Shown here in pieces: positions 8,345 through 17,097 of a stretch of DNA of 44,728 bases. This DNA comes from Escherichia phage ULINTec6: the sequence record MZ997840.1; one strand, given 5' to 3'. The position numbers and the translations under genes were made by a program. The notes under the pieces were generated by a model, which ran no database searches, was not told the origin of the DNA, and saw only the letters and a list, made by a program, of their open reading frames with translations. The stretch's first letter is position 1; every line of letters starts with the position of its first letter.

Positions 8345-9170
8345 AGGTAAGACTGAGTTCCTCCGCGAAGTGGTTAAACACCTCATTGAAGAGCACGGTG
8401 AATCTGTAGGCATCATTTCTACAGAAGACCCGATGGTCAAGGTGTCCCGTGCTTTTATCGGTAAGTGGATTGATAAGCGCATTGAGTTACCGCCAACCAA
8501 TGACCCGAAAGAAGACGGATACCGTGAGGTGTTCGACTACACCGAGGAAGAAGCTAACGCTGCCATTGATTATGTGGCTGATACAGGAAAGCTATTTGTG
8601 GCCGACCTAGAAGGCGACTATTCTATGGAGAAGGTAGAGCAAACTTGCCTAGAGTTTGAGGCTATGGGCATTTCTAATATCATCATTGATAACTTAACGG
8701 GGATTAAATTAGATGAGCGTGCTTTTGGTGGGAAGGTTGGTGCACTTGATGAATGCGTCAAACGAATTGGTACTATCAAAGACCGACATGCGGTTACGAT
8801 TTTCCTTGTCTCTCACCTTACACGTCCTCCGGCAAACCGTACCCAACACGAAGAAGGTGGCGAAGTTATCCTTTCTGACTTCCGAGGCTCAGGCGCTATC
8901 GGATTCTGGGCATCTTACGCCTTGGGGATTGAGCGTAATACAAGAGCTGAAACGCTTGATGAAAGGACTACCACGTACATCTCGTGTGTCAAAGACCGCG
9001 ATCAAGGTGTGTGGACTGGCACTAAAGTGAAACTTAAAGGGGATATGACCACAGGTAGGTTATTGGAATGGGAAGATCGTGTTTCTAGATTTGACACAGG
9101 TATACCTAAGGAGCAAAGTGTACCTGATGAAAACACAGGAGAGTTGAATGAAGAAACTTCAGAGTTTTGA
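8345..9170 (+). CDS. Primase-helicase exon 2: remainder of the helicase domain, beginning (A)GKTEFLREV...
   Basis: In-frame upstream extension of the 8370 ORF reads GKTEFLREVVKHL, the second half of the Walker A motif; DnaB-family blocks LVSHLTRP and ILSDFRGSGAIGF match T7 gp4 helicase; no canonical start codon of its own. Confidence 0.8.
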
Positions 9171-9639
9171 GGAAGCAGGATATGTCGTCAAGGAAGACGG
9201 CACGATCTTAAACCCAAAGGGTTTAGTCAGAAAACCATCCTTCGCAGGTAAGAATGTTAAATACTATGTAGTATCTTGGAGGGATAAACATTCTAAGAAA
9301 ACAATCATAGATTTAGTTCACAGATTGGTTGCTAAGAAGTACATACCTAATCCACATGGTTTACCAGAAGTTCATCATAAAGACTTTAATCCTCTTAATT
9401 GTCATAAGGATAATTTGGAATGGACAGATGGGAAAACCAATTGTGAGTATAGTTATTCCAGGGTAGAGGCTGCGCTTGCACGAAGTGCTACCTTACTCTC
9501 ACCTGATGGGGTTAAGCATGAGGTATTTAATGTTCGTAAGTTCTGCCGTGAACATAGCCTCAATCCACCTAGCATATTTGAAGTGCTTAGTGGTAAGCGT
9601 AAATCACACAAAGGATGGACTATTTACCGGACACTATAG
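9148..9639 (+). CDS. Free-standing HNH homing endonuclease (163 aa)
   Basis: HNH motif VHRLVAKKYIPNP...VHHKDFNPLNCHKDNLEW; GGAGAG RBS; overlaps the helicase stop; the last codons are encoded by the phage promoter at 9622-9644. Confidence 0.8.
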   Translation: MKKLQSFEEAGYVVKEDGTILNPKGLVRKPSFAGKNVKYYVVSWRDKHSKKTIIDLVHRLVAKKYIPNPHGLPEVHHKDFNPLNCHKDNLEWTDGKTNCEYSYSRVEAALARSATLLSPDGVKHEVFNVRKFCREHSLNPPSIFEVLSGKRKSHKGWTIYRTL

Positions 9640-9644
9640 AAGAG
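9622..9644 (+). promoter_or_regulatory. Phage RNAP promoter (ATTTACCGGACACTATAGAAGAG)
   Basis: Full consensus match. Confidence 0.8.
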
Positions 9645-9673
9645 ACAAACTTTGAAGATGAACAGGAGTTTTA

Positions 9674-9817
9674 ATGGAAATTATTAAACCAGTATTGAAT
9701 ATCGGTATTGAGATCCTATTCATGCTTGTGATCGCAGATTATGCTGCACGAGTGAAACTTATCGTTGCATCTGGTTTTATGATGTCAATGTTCTTTATTG
9801 TAACACGCCTTATCTAG
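9674..9817 (+). CDS. Small hydrophobic membrane protein (47 aa)
   Basis: AGGAG RBS 6 nt upstream of ATG; predicted protein almost entirely hydrophobic; below ORF-track cutoff. Confidence 0.3.
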   Translation: MEIIKPVLNIGIEILFMLVIADYAARVKLIVASGFMMSMFFIVTRLI

Positions 9818-9834
9818 TGTATTTATCAGGGCTT

Positions 9835-9850
9835 GTCTCACATGTGAGAC
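9835..9850. repeat. 16-bp palindrome GTCTCACATGTGAGAC (copy 3), extended stem gcttgtctcaca/tgtgagacaggc, followed by TCTTATT
   Basis: Read directly; hairpin plus U-rich tail is terminator-like. Confidence 0.8.
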
Positions 9851-9889
9851 AGGCTCTTATTAAGTACATTAAATAACTGGAGATTGATT

Positions 9890-10612
9890 ATGTATAAATT
9901 AGTATTGAATGCAGGTGATTATGTTCGTAACATCAATGAAGCCTCACGTCGTTATCGTTGCCGTGGTGTAGTAGCTCGTGTAAGTGAGAACATGTATCAT
10001 GTAGAATATGATGATGGTATTAAGGCTTCTTATCACAAGAAAACCGCACATAAATATCTTGAAAAGGTTGTAGAGGTAAACAATCAATGTAAGTGCATAC
10101 ATGATGAGGTTTGCGATAAGTGTGCACGTCAGGTAGTTAAAGCCTTTACCTTTGCTCAACGCTATGGTTCTATGTATGGTGCTGGTAACAAGACCCTTGC
10201 AGAAGCAGCTTGGAAGACATTGCAGTTTGAGCGTTCAAATGGACGACGCACCACACTTAAGAAAGAGCGCCGCAATGTAATCACTGGTAAGACTCAAAGT
10301 GAGATGATTAAGCAATATGGCACTGCATTAGGTGTTACACAGTTCAATACTCGTGCATTGGGTAAATCCACAGGGCAAGCTATGGTGAAAATTGGTGAAG
10401 CTATGCTGCACCCAAATGTGCCTGTGCGAATCTTGGATGTTGACCATGCAATCACAGAGCATGGCACACCACGGCGTGTAGCTAATAATCATTTCGCCGA
10501 CACTATAGAAGGCATTATTCATAAGCAAGGGTTGAAAGGTCTTCACATCTTAAATGGTGAAGAATTACTGTACCTACCTATCGTTACTGAAGAAACATAC
10601 GTGAATATCTAA
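9890..10612 (+). CDS. Hypothetical protein (241 aa)
   Basis: ORF track, start adjusted to ATG 9890 after CTGGAG RBS; no confident family assignment. Confidence 0.55.
   Translation: MYKLVLNAGDYVRNINEASRRYRCRGVVARVSENMYHVEYDDGIKASYHKKTAHKYLEKVVEVNNQCKCIHDEVCDKCARQVVKAFTFAQRYGSMYGAGNKTLAEAAWKTLQFERSNGRRTTLKKERRNVITGKTQSEMIKQYGTALGVTQFNTRALGKSTGQAMVKIGEAMLHPNVPVRILDVDHAITEHGTPRRVANNHFADTIEGIIHKQGLKGLHILNGEELLYLPIVTEETYVNI
10491..10512 (+). promoter_or_regulatory. Promoter-like sequence inside a CDS (ATTTCGCCGACACTATAGAAGG)
   Basis: Core GACACTATAGAAG intact, upstream half diverged; within ORF 9890..10612. Confidence 0.35.
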
Positions 10613-10622
10613 GGAGTTAATC

Positions 10623-10841
10623 ATGACTAAGGTATTAATTTATATGCGTGGACCTCATAAATGCTATGCAGTTGTAGCACCAGATGGTGTTAAGACCTAT
10701 GGTACTTCAAAGGGGTTTGCATTAATAGGTGCCCGTCTTAGTGCAAGTTTTCAGATGGAACTTTTCGGTCATTTGACTGAAAAAGAGTTCCGTGAGGATT
10801 TTAAAGTTGTTGGCAGCTTTATGGTGAAACATGCAAAATAA
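10623..10841 (+). CDS. Hypothetical protein (72 aa)
   Basis: ORF track; GGAG RBS upstream. Confidence 0.45.
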   Translation: MTKVLIYMRGPHKCYAVVAPDGVKTYGTSKGFALIGARLSASFQMELFGHLTEKEFREDFKVVGSFMVKHAK

Positions 10842-11040
10842 ACACAGTCTTAAGATGTTTGATGGTCACGAAGATCTGCAAGCACAAATTACTAATCAAG
10901 CCTTCCTGTTTGCACAGTTAACTATGGCTGAAGCAAAGAAGAATAGTCTGACGCGTGAGCAGGTTATCAAGGAGGCAACTTGGGAGCCACACCAAGGTAA
11001 ATATATGGGCCAGAAATTAACTGTAACACGCAGTCGATAA
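10831..11040 (+). CDS. Hypothetical protein (69 aa)
   Basis: ORF track; start overlaps the preceding stop. Confidence 0.45.
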   Translation: MQNKHSLKMFDGHEDLQAQITNQAFLFAQLTMAEAKKNSLTREQVIKEATWEPHQGKYMGQKLTVTRSR

Positions 11041-11050
11041 GTAAAGGGTT

Positions 11051-11066
11051 GTCTCACGTGTGAGAC
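11051..11066. repeat. Palindrome variant GTCTCACGTGTGAGAC (copy 4), extended stem ggttgtctcac/gtgagacagcc, followed by TTTCATCAT
   Basis: Read directly. Confidence 0.7.
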
Positions 11067-11097
11067 AGCCTTTCATCATATTGATTGGAGGTGCATT

Positions 11098-11205
11098 ATG
11101 CCACGTGATTATGATTCTGATTGGGACTATTATGACTCAATGAATCCAAAACCCGAACGTTCAGATGATTACTACGAAACAGAGGCAATGTATGAAGACT
11201 ATTAA
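11098..11205 (+). CDS. Small acidic hypothetical protein (35 aa)
   Basis: GGAGGTG RBS then ATG; below ORF-track cutoff. Confidence 0.25.
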   Translation: MPRDYDSDWDYYDSMNPKPERSDDYYETEAMYEDY

Positions 11206-11410
11206 ATTAAGCAAGGTTTGCTCTTGCGGTAAAGGCTATCGCAGTCGTATTGATGGTAAGTGTGGACATTGTAGGTCTAAGAAAGAGGCTGCTTTGTTTG
11301 ACAAGTACCACAATGAATTAGCCTATAACCACCCACATCTAACACCTAATTCTTTATTAGGACTTGGTTATAGGGCTAAATACTTTGGAGCAATCTATGA
11401 AATCAATTGA
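11192..11410 (+). CDS. Small Cys-rich (zinc-ribbon-like) protein
   Basis: CSCGKGYRSRIDGKCGHC motif; in-frame ATG 11192 with GAGG RBS preferred over the track start at 11165. Confidence 0.45.
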   Translation: MKTIKLSKVCSCGKGYRSRIDGKCGHCRSKKEAALFDKYHNELAYNHPHLTPNSLLGLGYRAKYFGAIYEIN

Positions 11411-13943
11411 TTGGAAGAAGGAAGCAGAAGGCCGTATTCTAGTGATGGATGCGGAAGCTAAAGGCCTCCTTGATGCTATCCGATATGGACACCGCGAAGA
11501 TGTGCATATCATTTGCTGTATGGACTTGCTTACTACCGAGGAGTTCCTCTTCTTCGACCCATATGAGATGCGTGACCCTGAAGCAAGAGAGCGTCTCAAG
11601 GAGTGGGAAGGACACCAAGACGGTGATTTGGTTGACGGTGTTAACTTTCTGAAGTACTGTGAAGCTATTGTGTCACAGAACTTCCTAGGGTACGATGGGC
11701 TTCTCTTTGAGAAAGCATTCCCTGACATCTGGAAGGGCTTTAACTACACCGAGAGGCGCGGCAAGGGCAGACTACGTGCTGACCTGTGCCCTGTTCGAGT
11801 CATGGATACGCTGGTCATGAGTCGCCTATTAAACCCCGATAGACGCCTTCCTCCGCAAGCATATGCCAAAGGTATGGGTAACGTCGCCCCTCACTCAATT
11901 GAGGCGCACGGCATCCGTATAGGCCGCTATAAACCGGAGAACGAGGACTGGTCTAAACTAACTGACCACATGGTTCACCGTGTACGTGAGGACGTGGCGA
12001 TTGGTCGTGACTTGTTCCTCTGGCTCTTTAACGGGGAATGGATGGAGCACAAACGCCGTGGCGTGAATAAACGCACTGGCCTAGGCATTGAGACAGCCTT
12101 CCACATGGAGTCCATTGTGGCGCTGGAGATGAGCCGTCAGGCAGAGCGTGGATTCCGTCTGGATATTGACAAAGCACTAGCGCGATGCGAAGAACTGGAC
12201 GCTAAGATTGATGAGACAGTCGCAGCGTTCCGCCCTCACATGCCTATGCGTATCAAGTCTAAACCTTTTAAACCGGAAGAAAAGAATGAAGTATGCCAAC
12301 GCGCAAATGAGTATGGAGCTAGCAACAATATACCTACTGTCCTTGACCCCTCACACTTTCTTCATGCCGAGAGACGAGGAGATCGCAAGACAGTATGGAG
12401 TGTCACTACTAAGTCTGGTGATTGGTCGGCTAGTGTCAAGAAAGACTTTCCTCACCTTAGAGGAAACCGTAATGACACGCCAAGTATCAAGTGGATTGGC
12501 GCTTACTCGCCTGTTACTTTCGAAGAGATTCCCTTGGGTAACAGGGATACAGTTAAGCAAGTGCTCTATGATTATGGGTGGAAAGGTGTTGAATTTAACG
12601 ATACCGAGCAAGCGCATCTGGATGAGTATGGAGTGTTACCCAAACCTTGGAGTGGGAAGATAAATGAAAAGTCCCTTACTTTATGGCAAGAGAGAGCCGC
12701 ACGTGAAGGTAAAACAGTCCCTGATTGGTGCTTGGGTATCGCTGCATGGTACATACTCGTATCCCGTCGTGGTACGATCCTTAACCGTGGTGACGTTGAA
12801 GCCTTCGACCAGAAGGGGGTGTGGCCTTCGCAAGCTGGTGTACGAAAGTGTCGCGGCCTTGTACCTGTAGCATTTAACAAGGAGTTAGGAATCAATGCGC
12901 AGCAATACTATGAGAGGTATGGGTGTTGGCCTACGTCTGACAAGGATGACGGGGAGTGGCGTGTTCCAGCTATTGCTATTAGTATTGGTACTTCTACGTT
13001 CCGTATGCGTCATCGTAACGTGGTTAATATTCCTGCCCGTGGTTTGTATCCTTTACGTGATTTATTCATAGCAGGTAAAGGTAAGCTAATCCTTGGTTGT
13101 GATGGCGCTGGTCTTGAACTACGTGTACTATCTCACTTCATGAATGACCCTGAGTATCAAGATATTGTACTGCATGGTGATATACATACTCATAACCAGA
13201 TGAAGGCTGGTCTTCCCAAGCGTGACATGGCGAAGACATTTATATATGCCTTCCTATATGGGTCTGGTATAGCTAACCTTGCAGCAGTATGCGGTGTTAC
13301 TGAGGAAGAAATGAAGGAAGTTGTGGCAAGATTTGAGATTGAACTACCATCTCTTGCACGTCTTCGTGAGAATGTTATCGCACAAGGTAACAAGTTTGGC
13401 TATCTACAAGCACCTGATGGGCATTGGGGTCGCATCCGTATGTCTGGTGGTGAACTTAAAGAGCACACTATGCTTAACGTATTGCTCCAGATGACTGGCT
13501 CTCTGTGTATGAAATACGCATTGGTCAGAGCGTTTGCGGTGATGCGCAAGGAAGGTGTGGCTCTAGATAGTATGGGAAACCCTTGCGGTGTGGCTAACGT
13601 GCACGATGAAATCCAAATGGAAGTTCCTGAAGATGAGGTCTTGTATCTCAACTATGACTTGCCTTTCACCTTAGAAGGGTTCGAAACAGAGAAGGCTGCT
13701 GTGAAAGCAGTGTTCGATGCAGAGGAGAAACGTGTTCATGTTGATTCCGAAGGGCGCATGTGGTCTGCTGCAAATCTCATTAGCGTTGATGCTGATGCTG
13801 GTGTACTTCATTGCCAGCGTCGTTATCACCGTGCAGGACATATCATTGCCGATGCAATGACTTGGGCTGGTTATTATTTGAAGATGCGTTGTCCGATGGC
13901 AGGTGAGTATAAGATTGGTGCAAGCTGGAAGGAAACACACTGA
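11397..13943 (+). CDS. DNA polymerase (family A, T7 gene 5-like) with 3'-5' exonuclease domain
   Basis: Motif B-like RDMAKTFIYAFLYGSG, motif C-like VHDEIQMEV, N-terminal exonuclease motif LVMDAEAKGL; start set to ATG 11397 after GGAG RBS. Confidence 0.93.
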   Translation: MKSIDWKKEAEGRILVMDAEAKGLLDAIRYGHREDVHIICCMDLLTTEEFLFFDPYEMRDPEARERLKEWEGHQDGDLVDGVNFLKYCEAIVSQNFLGYDGLLFEKAFPDIWKGFNYTERRGKGRLRADLCPVRVMDTLVMSRLLNPDRRLPPQAYAKGMGNVAPHSIEAHGIRIGRYKPENEDWSKLTDHMVHRVREDVAIGRDLFLWLFNGEWMEHKRRGVNKRTGLGIETAFHMESIVALEMSRQAERGFRLDIDKALARCEELDAKIDETVAAFRPHMPMRIKSKPFKPEEKNEVCQRANEYGASNNIPTVLDPSHFLHAERRGDRKTVWSVTTKSGDWSASVKKDFPHLRGNRNDTPSIKWIGAYSPVTFEEIPLGNRDTVKQVLYDYGWKGVEFNDTEQAHLDEYGVLPKPWSGKINEKSLTLWQERAAREGKTVPDWCLGIAAWYILVSRRGTILNRGDVEAFDQKGVWPSQAGVRKCRGLVPVAFNKELGINAQQYYERYGCWPTSDKDDGEWRVPAIAISIGTSTFRMRHRNVVNIPARGLYPLRDLFIAGKGKLILGCDGAGLELRVLSHFMNDPEYQDIVLHGDIHTHNQMKAGLPKRDMAKTFIYAFLYGSGIANLAAVCGVTEEEMKEVVARFEIELPSLARLRENVIAQGNKFGYLQAPDGHWGRIRMSGGELKEHTMLNVLLQMTGSLCMKYALVRAFAVMRKEGVALDSMGNPCGVANVHDEIQMEVPEDEVLYLNYDLPFTLEGFETEKAAVKAVFDAEEKRVHVDSEGRMWSAANLISVDADAGVLHCQRRYHRAGHIIADAMTWAGYYLKMRCPMAGEYKIGASWKETH

Positions 13944-14041
13944 TGGACAGGCTTGATATTGTTTGCTTATTCTTTACCTTCTTTCTTTCTTATATTCCTT
14001 ATGCTTGCTTGCTATGGAAGTATGCGATTAGATATACCTGA
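13943..14041 (+). CDS. Tiny hydrophobic ORF (32 aa)
   Basis: Hand translation; start overlaps the DNAP stop; speculative. Confidence 0.2.
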   Translation: MDRLDIVCLFFTFFLSYIPYACLLWKYAIRYT

Positions 14042-14062
14042 TGAAGAGGAGGGTTACGATTG

Positions 14063-14161
14063 ATGCAGACATCTTTTATCATTCTTGGGACCATATTATT
14101 TATGGTAGTATTCTGGTCTTTCTCTGGCATTGACCCAGATTGTGATGGTAACTACGACTGA
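14063..14161 (+). CDS. Tiny hydrophobic ORF (32 aa)
   Basis: GAGGAGGG RBS upstream; hand translation; speculative. Confidence 0.25.
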   Translation: MQTSFIILGTILFMVVFWSFSGIDPDCDGNYD

Positions 14162-14229
14162 GTTATACTCAAGGTCACTTACGAGTGGCCTTTATGAATA
14201 ACTTATTCCTACTTATTTTGTCTAACATG

Positions 14230-14252
14230 ATTTACTGGACACTATAGAAGGA
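14230..14252 (+). promoter_or_regulatory. Phage RNAP promoter (ATTTACTGGACACTATAGAAGGA)
   Basis: Full consensus match. Confidence 0.8.
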
Positions 14253-14316
14253 AAGCCTAGGTAATCTAGGTTTATAAGGTAGTATAGGTAATTAAGTAAA
14301 TATAGGAGATATAAAT

Positions 14317-14694
14317 ATGTCTATGGTAACTACTCTGGTATTCGTGGCTCAATACTTTCGTGGTCTGGCTAATAAGTTCAAGTCCAAGGCCATCAAAGCT
14401 ATTGAGGCTCGCATCGAAGCAGTACAGGCAGAGCAAGTTAAAGTTGAAGAACATCGTAGTTCTCAAATGATTGACTGCCACAACCGATACTATGTATCTC
14501 GTGATGACCTTAATGCACGCCAAGTCAAAGAGGTTGAAGATATGATGGCACGTCACCAGCAAGAGCGTGACAGCCTGAAAGCTGAATTTGAAGAGAACAA
14601 GGCATCCATTGCCCTTGTACATCAAGCTGCATCTGACAGTCTGAAGAAAGAGATTGTTATGCTGGAAATCGAACTGGATAACCTGACCAAATAA
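14317..14694 (+). CDS. Hypothetical coiled-coil protein (125 aa)
   Basis: ORF track; AGGAG RBS. Confidence 0.5.
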   Translation: MSMVTTLVFVAQYFRGLANKFKSKAIKAIEARIEAVQAEQVKVEEHRSSQMIDCHNRYYVSRDDLNARQVKEVEDMMARHQQERDSLKAEFEENKASIALVHQAASDSLKKEIVMLEIELDNLTK

Positions 14695-14700
14695 GGAGTT

Positions 14701-15000
14701 ATGATGGAAGAAGTAATTCAAGCTAAACATGTAGGTATCATCTTTCGTGATCTAGAGCAGCGTAAAGTTGCAGGTCATACTCGTCTGGCTAAAGAGGAAG
14801 ACACCGCAATCACTACTGTAGAACAAGCAGACGCCTATCGTGGGCCAGAGTTCACTCAAGGTGAAACTTGTCACCAATTGAGCCTGTCACTTTGTGACAC
14901 TATGGCTATTGTAAATGTGCAAGAAGTCGAAGAAGGTGAGTGTGTCAGTTACATCTACCCTTTAGATACTATTGCACGCATTAAGGTAATCCATAAGTAA
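14701..15000 (+). CDS. Hypothetical protein (99 aa)
   Basis: ORF track; AAGGAG RBS. Confidence 0.5.
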   Translation: MMEEVIQAKHVGIIFRDLEQRKVAGHTRLAKEEDTAITTVEQADAYRGPEFTQGETCHQLSLSLCDTMAIVNVQEVEEGECVSYIYPLDTIARIKVIHK

Positions 15001-15021
15001 TTACTGGACACTATAGAACAA
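14999..15021 (+). promoter_or_regulatory. Phage RNAP promoter (AATTACTGGACACTATAGAACAA)
   Basis: Consensus match. Confidence 0.75.
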
Positions 15022-15162
15022 TAGGTCGGCTTAGTTCGGCCTATGATTGTAAAGTGTTGAACCTTATTGTGCATCTTGCACAACCCGATACCATATCGGG
15101 CTTTCTAGTGAGTACATGCTTGTGCTCAGTACAAAGCTAACTGACAATAGGAGACTAAATAA

Positions 15163-15969
15163 ATGGCACGTGGTGATTTTGATTTTGGTGCTTCCGTATC
15201 TAAAGCTGAAGGTAAAGTTTTTAAGAATCCAGAAGTAGGTGATCATGAAGCAGTAATCTCTGGCATCATTCATGTTGGTTCCTTCCAAGACATCTTTAAG
15301 AAAGGTAATACCACTGAAGTTAAGAAGCCAGCAAACTTTGTTCTGGTTAAGATTGTCCTGATGGGTGACGATGACAAGAATGAAGATGATTCTCGCATGG
15401 AACAATGGATGGCTGTGCCTCTGAAGTCTGGTGATAAGGCAACACTGACTAAGTTCCTGAATGCAGTTGACCCTAAAGAGTTGCTGGGTGGCTTCGACGA
15501 TTTCATTGGTGAATGCCTGACTGCAACGATGGTTGGTTCTGGTGACAAGAATGACGATGGCTCATTCAAGTATGTTAACTGGAAGGGGTTTGGTGGCATG
15601 CCGGACAAACTGAAGAAACTTGTCATTGCTCAGGTTGAAGAAGAGGGTCTGTCTATGACAGGTCACATCACCTTCGACAAGCTGACCAAAGAAATCCTTG
15701 ATGACATCCCAGCTAACTTGGTGCGTCAATACTTCCTGAACGAGACTCCTCGTGGTAAGAACCTGTCTGTTGCTGGTTCTCACGTAGAGGCAATCATTAA
15801 AGCTGCTCGTGAAGAAGACCCAGAGTGGAAGAAGGCTAAGAAGAAAGATGAGGAAGATGCTACCCCAGCTAATCGTAAGTCTCTGGACACTGGTGAGTCT
15901 GTTCCACAGGAAGTGCCGGAAGCAGATAATGCACCTGCACCGGAAATGGATGAAGACGCGGAATACTAA
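15163..15969 (+). CDS. Putative single-stranded DNA-binding protein (acidic C-terminal tail ending in an aromatic residue)
   Basis: 268 aa; C-terminus ...PEMDEDAEY is like the acidic, aromatic-terminated tail of T7 gp2.5; function inferred only from this feature and context. Confidence 0.4.
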   Translation: MARGDFDFGASVSKAEGKVFKNPEVGDHEAVISGIIHVGSFQDIFKKGNTTEVKKPANFVLVKIVLMGDDDKNEDDSRMEQWMAVPLKSGDKATLTKFLNAVDPKELLGGFDDFIGECLTATMVGSGDKNDDGSFKYVNWKGFGGMPDKLKKLVIAQVEEEGLSMTGHITFDKLTKEILDDIPANLVRQYFLNETPRGKNLSVAGSHVEAIIKAAREEDPEWKKAKKKDEEDATPANRKSLDTGESVPQEVPEADNAPAPEMDEDAEY

Positions 15970-15978
15970 GGAGGGCTG

Positions 15979-16197
15979 ATGAAAGTACAAATAGTAACCC
16001 TGCACTGCAAGAAAGGCATCACAACTCTCGGCGGTGGCACTTTCCACTCCTTCTCTGAAGGGGAGATTTATGCTGACCTGCACTACATCTGGCGCGACGG
16101 ACAGCACGTGGTGAACTATAGCGACCCTGCGACTGGTAAACGCCACGGCGTGTCGCTTCCGGCGCACGACATTGCGCAGGTGAACACAGTTTTATAA
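15979..16197 (+). CDS. Hypothetical protein (72 aa)
   Basis: ORF track; GGAGGG RBS. Confidence 0.45.
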   Translation: MKVQIVTLHCKKGITTLGGGTFHSFSEGEIYADLHYIWRDGQHVVNYSDPATGKRHGVSLPAHDIAQVNTVL

Positions 16198-16198
16198 A

Positions 16199-16214
16199 GT
16201 CTCACACGTGAGAC
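16199..16214. repeat. Palindrome variant GTCTCACACGTGAGAC (copy 5), just upstream of a phage promoter
   Basis: Read directly. Confidence 0.7.
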
Positions 16215-16229
16215 AACTAGGTGTCCGGT

Positions 16230-16252
16230 ATTTACTGGACACTATAGAAGAG
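16230..16252 (+). promoter_or_regulatory. Phage RNAP promoter (ATTTACTGGACACTATAGAAGAG)
   Basis: Full consensus match. Confidence 0.8.
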
Positions 16253-16302
16253 AAGAATTTTAATCGGCGATAATGCCATAACCAACAAAAGGAGAATTTA
16301 AT

Positions 16303-16674
16303 ATGTTCGCTATTGAAACTATCGTAAACCGTGTTGTTAAAGGTGCTGCTCTGGTATCCGTTGAGTCTTTCATTATCGTCGATGAAGTTGGCTCTCTGGT
16401 AGCTGGTACTAAGGCCTATGATACCCGTGAAGAGGCGCAGGCTAAGATTGATAGCATGGGTAACTTCGCTGCTGGTCTGGAGTTTGCTCGTGCTTGCTTC
16501 CCTGAGCAGGCTGACAAAGCCCAGATCGGTAAGGCTAACATCGTAGCTGAATACCTGGATTGGATTGCTGCTGGTAAACCAGTGAAAGAAGTTAAGGCTA
16601 CTGAAGAAGCTGAAGCTCCGGCAGCAGAAGTGTCTGCACCGGAAGCTCCGGTTAGCGAAGAGGAAGAGTTTTGA
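16303..16674 (+). CDS. Hypothetical protein with acidic C-terminal tail (...SEEEEF)
   Basis: ORF track; AAGGAG RBS; C-terminal acidic tail ending in Phe, as in T7-type SSB tails. Confidence 0.55.
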   Translation: MFAIETIVNRVVKGAALVSVESFIIVDEVGSLVAGTKAYDTREEAQAKIDSMGNFAAGLEFARACFPEQADKAQIGKANIVAEYLDWIAAGKPVKEVKATEEAEAPAAEVSAPEAPVSEEEEF

Positions 16675-16732
16675 TAATAGCAGGTGTTGCCTCTGTTAGT
16701 CCTAGTTGACTATCACGCTCACCTCATCTAAT

Positions 16733-16766
16733 GCCCTGTCTGCCTTAGTGTAGGCAGGGTCTTTTG
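16733..16766 (+). terminator. Terminator-like hairpin with U-tract (ccctgtctgcc..ggcaggg TCTTTT)
   Basis: Imperfect GC-rich stem followed by tcttttg, downstream of the 16303 ORF. Confidence 0.4.
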
Positions 16767-16791
16767 CGTAATAGTTATTGGAGAATGAATT

Positions 16792-17097
16792 ATGCCGACT
16801 ATTAGATCTCGTTTAGTAGCAGACTATGTTTATGGTCGTGACTTAAAGTTAATGCAAGATTATTTTAAAGTAATTATCTTGCTGGATGGAGAGGTATTTC
16901 ACACTAAAACATTCACCCTACCTGAGTTGTTTGATTTAGGTTATTGGGGTTATACTTATCAGGCCATAGCAGACAAGGTGCTACTCAGTGTGTTAGAGGA
17001 GTGGCCTACATGCGACCAAACTTCGACTTCGGAGCTACAGTATCGGAAGACAATAATCTCATCCTGTGGCCAACTGAAGGTAATAGAATCGCTTTAA
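16792..17097 (+). CDS. Hypothetical protein (101 aa) overlapping the exonuclease start
   Basis: ORF track; GGAGA RBS; the 88-nt out-of-frame overlap with the next gene lowers confidence. Confidence 0.3.
   Translation: MPTIRSRLVADYVYGRDLKLMQDYFKVIILLDGEVFHTKTFTLPELFDLGYWGYTYQAIADKVLLSVLEEWPTCDQTSTSELQYRKTIISSCGQLKVIESL

Noticed and set aside
10130-10200. DNA polymerase motif-B-like stretch (KAFTFAQRYGSMYGAGNKTLAE) in hypothetical protein 9890..10612
   Set aside because: Short resemblance only; spacing differs from family A motif B, the HDE-like triplet lies upstream rather than downstream, and no other polymerase motifs are present.
16944-17009. Upstream TTG start for the exonuclease given by the ORF track
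   Set aside because: The ATG at 17010 is preceded by a strong GAGGAG RBS and begins at the conserved N-terminus; the upstream extension lacks an RBS.
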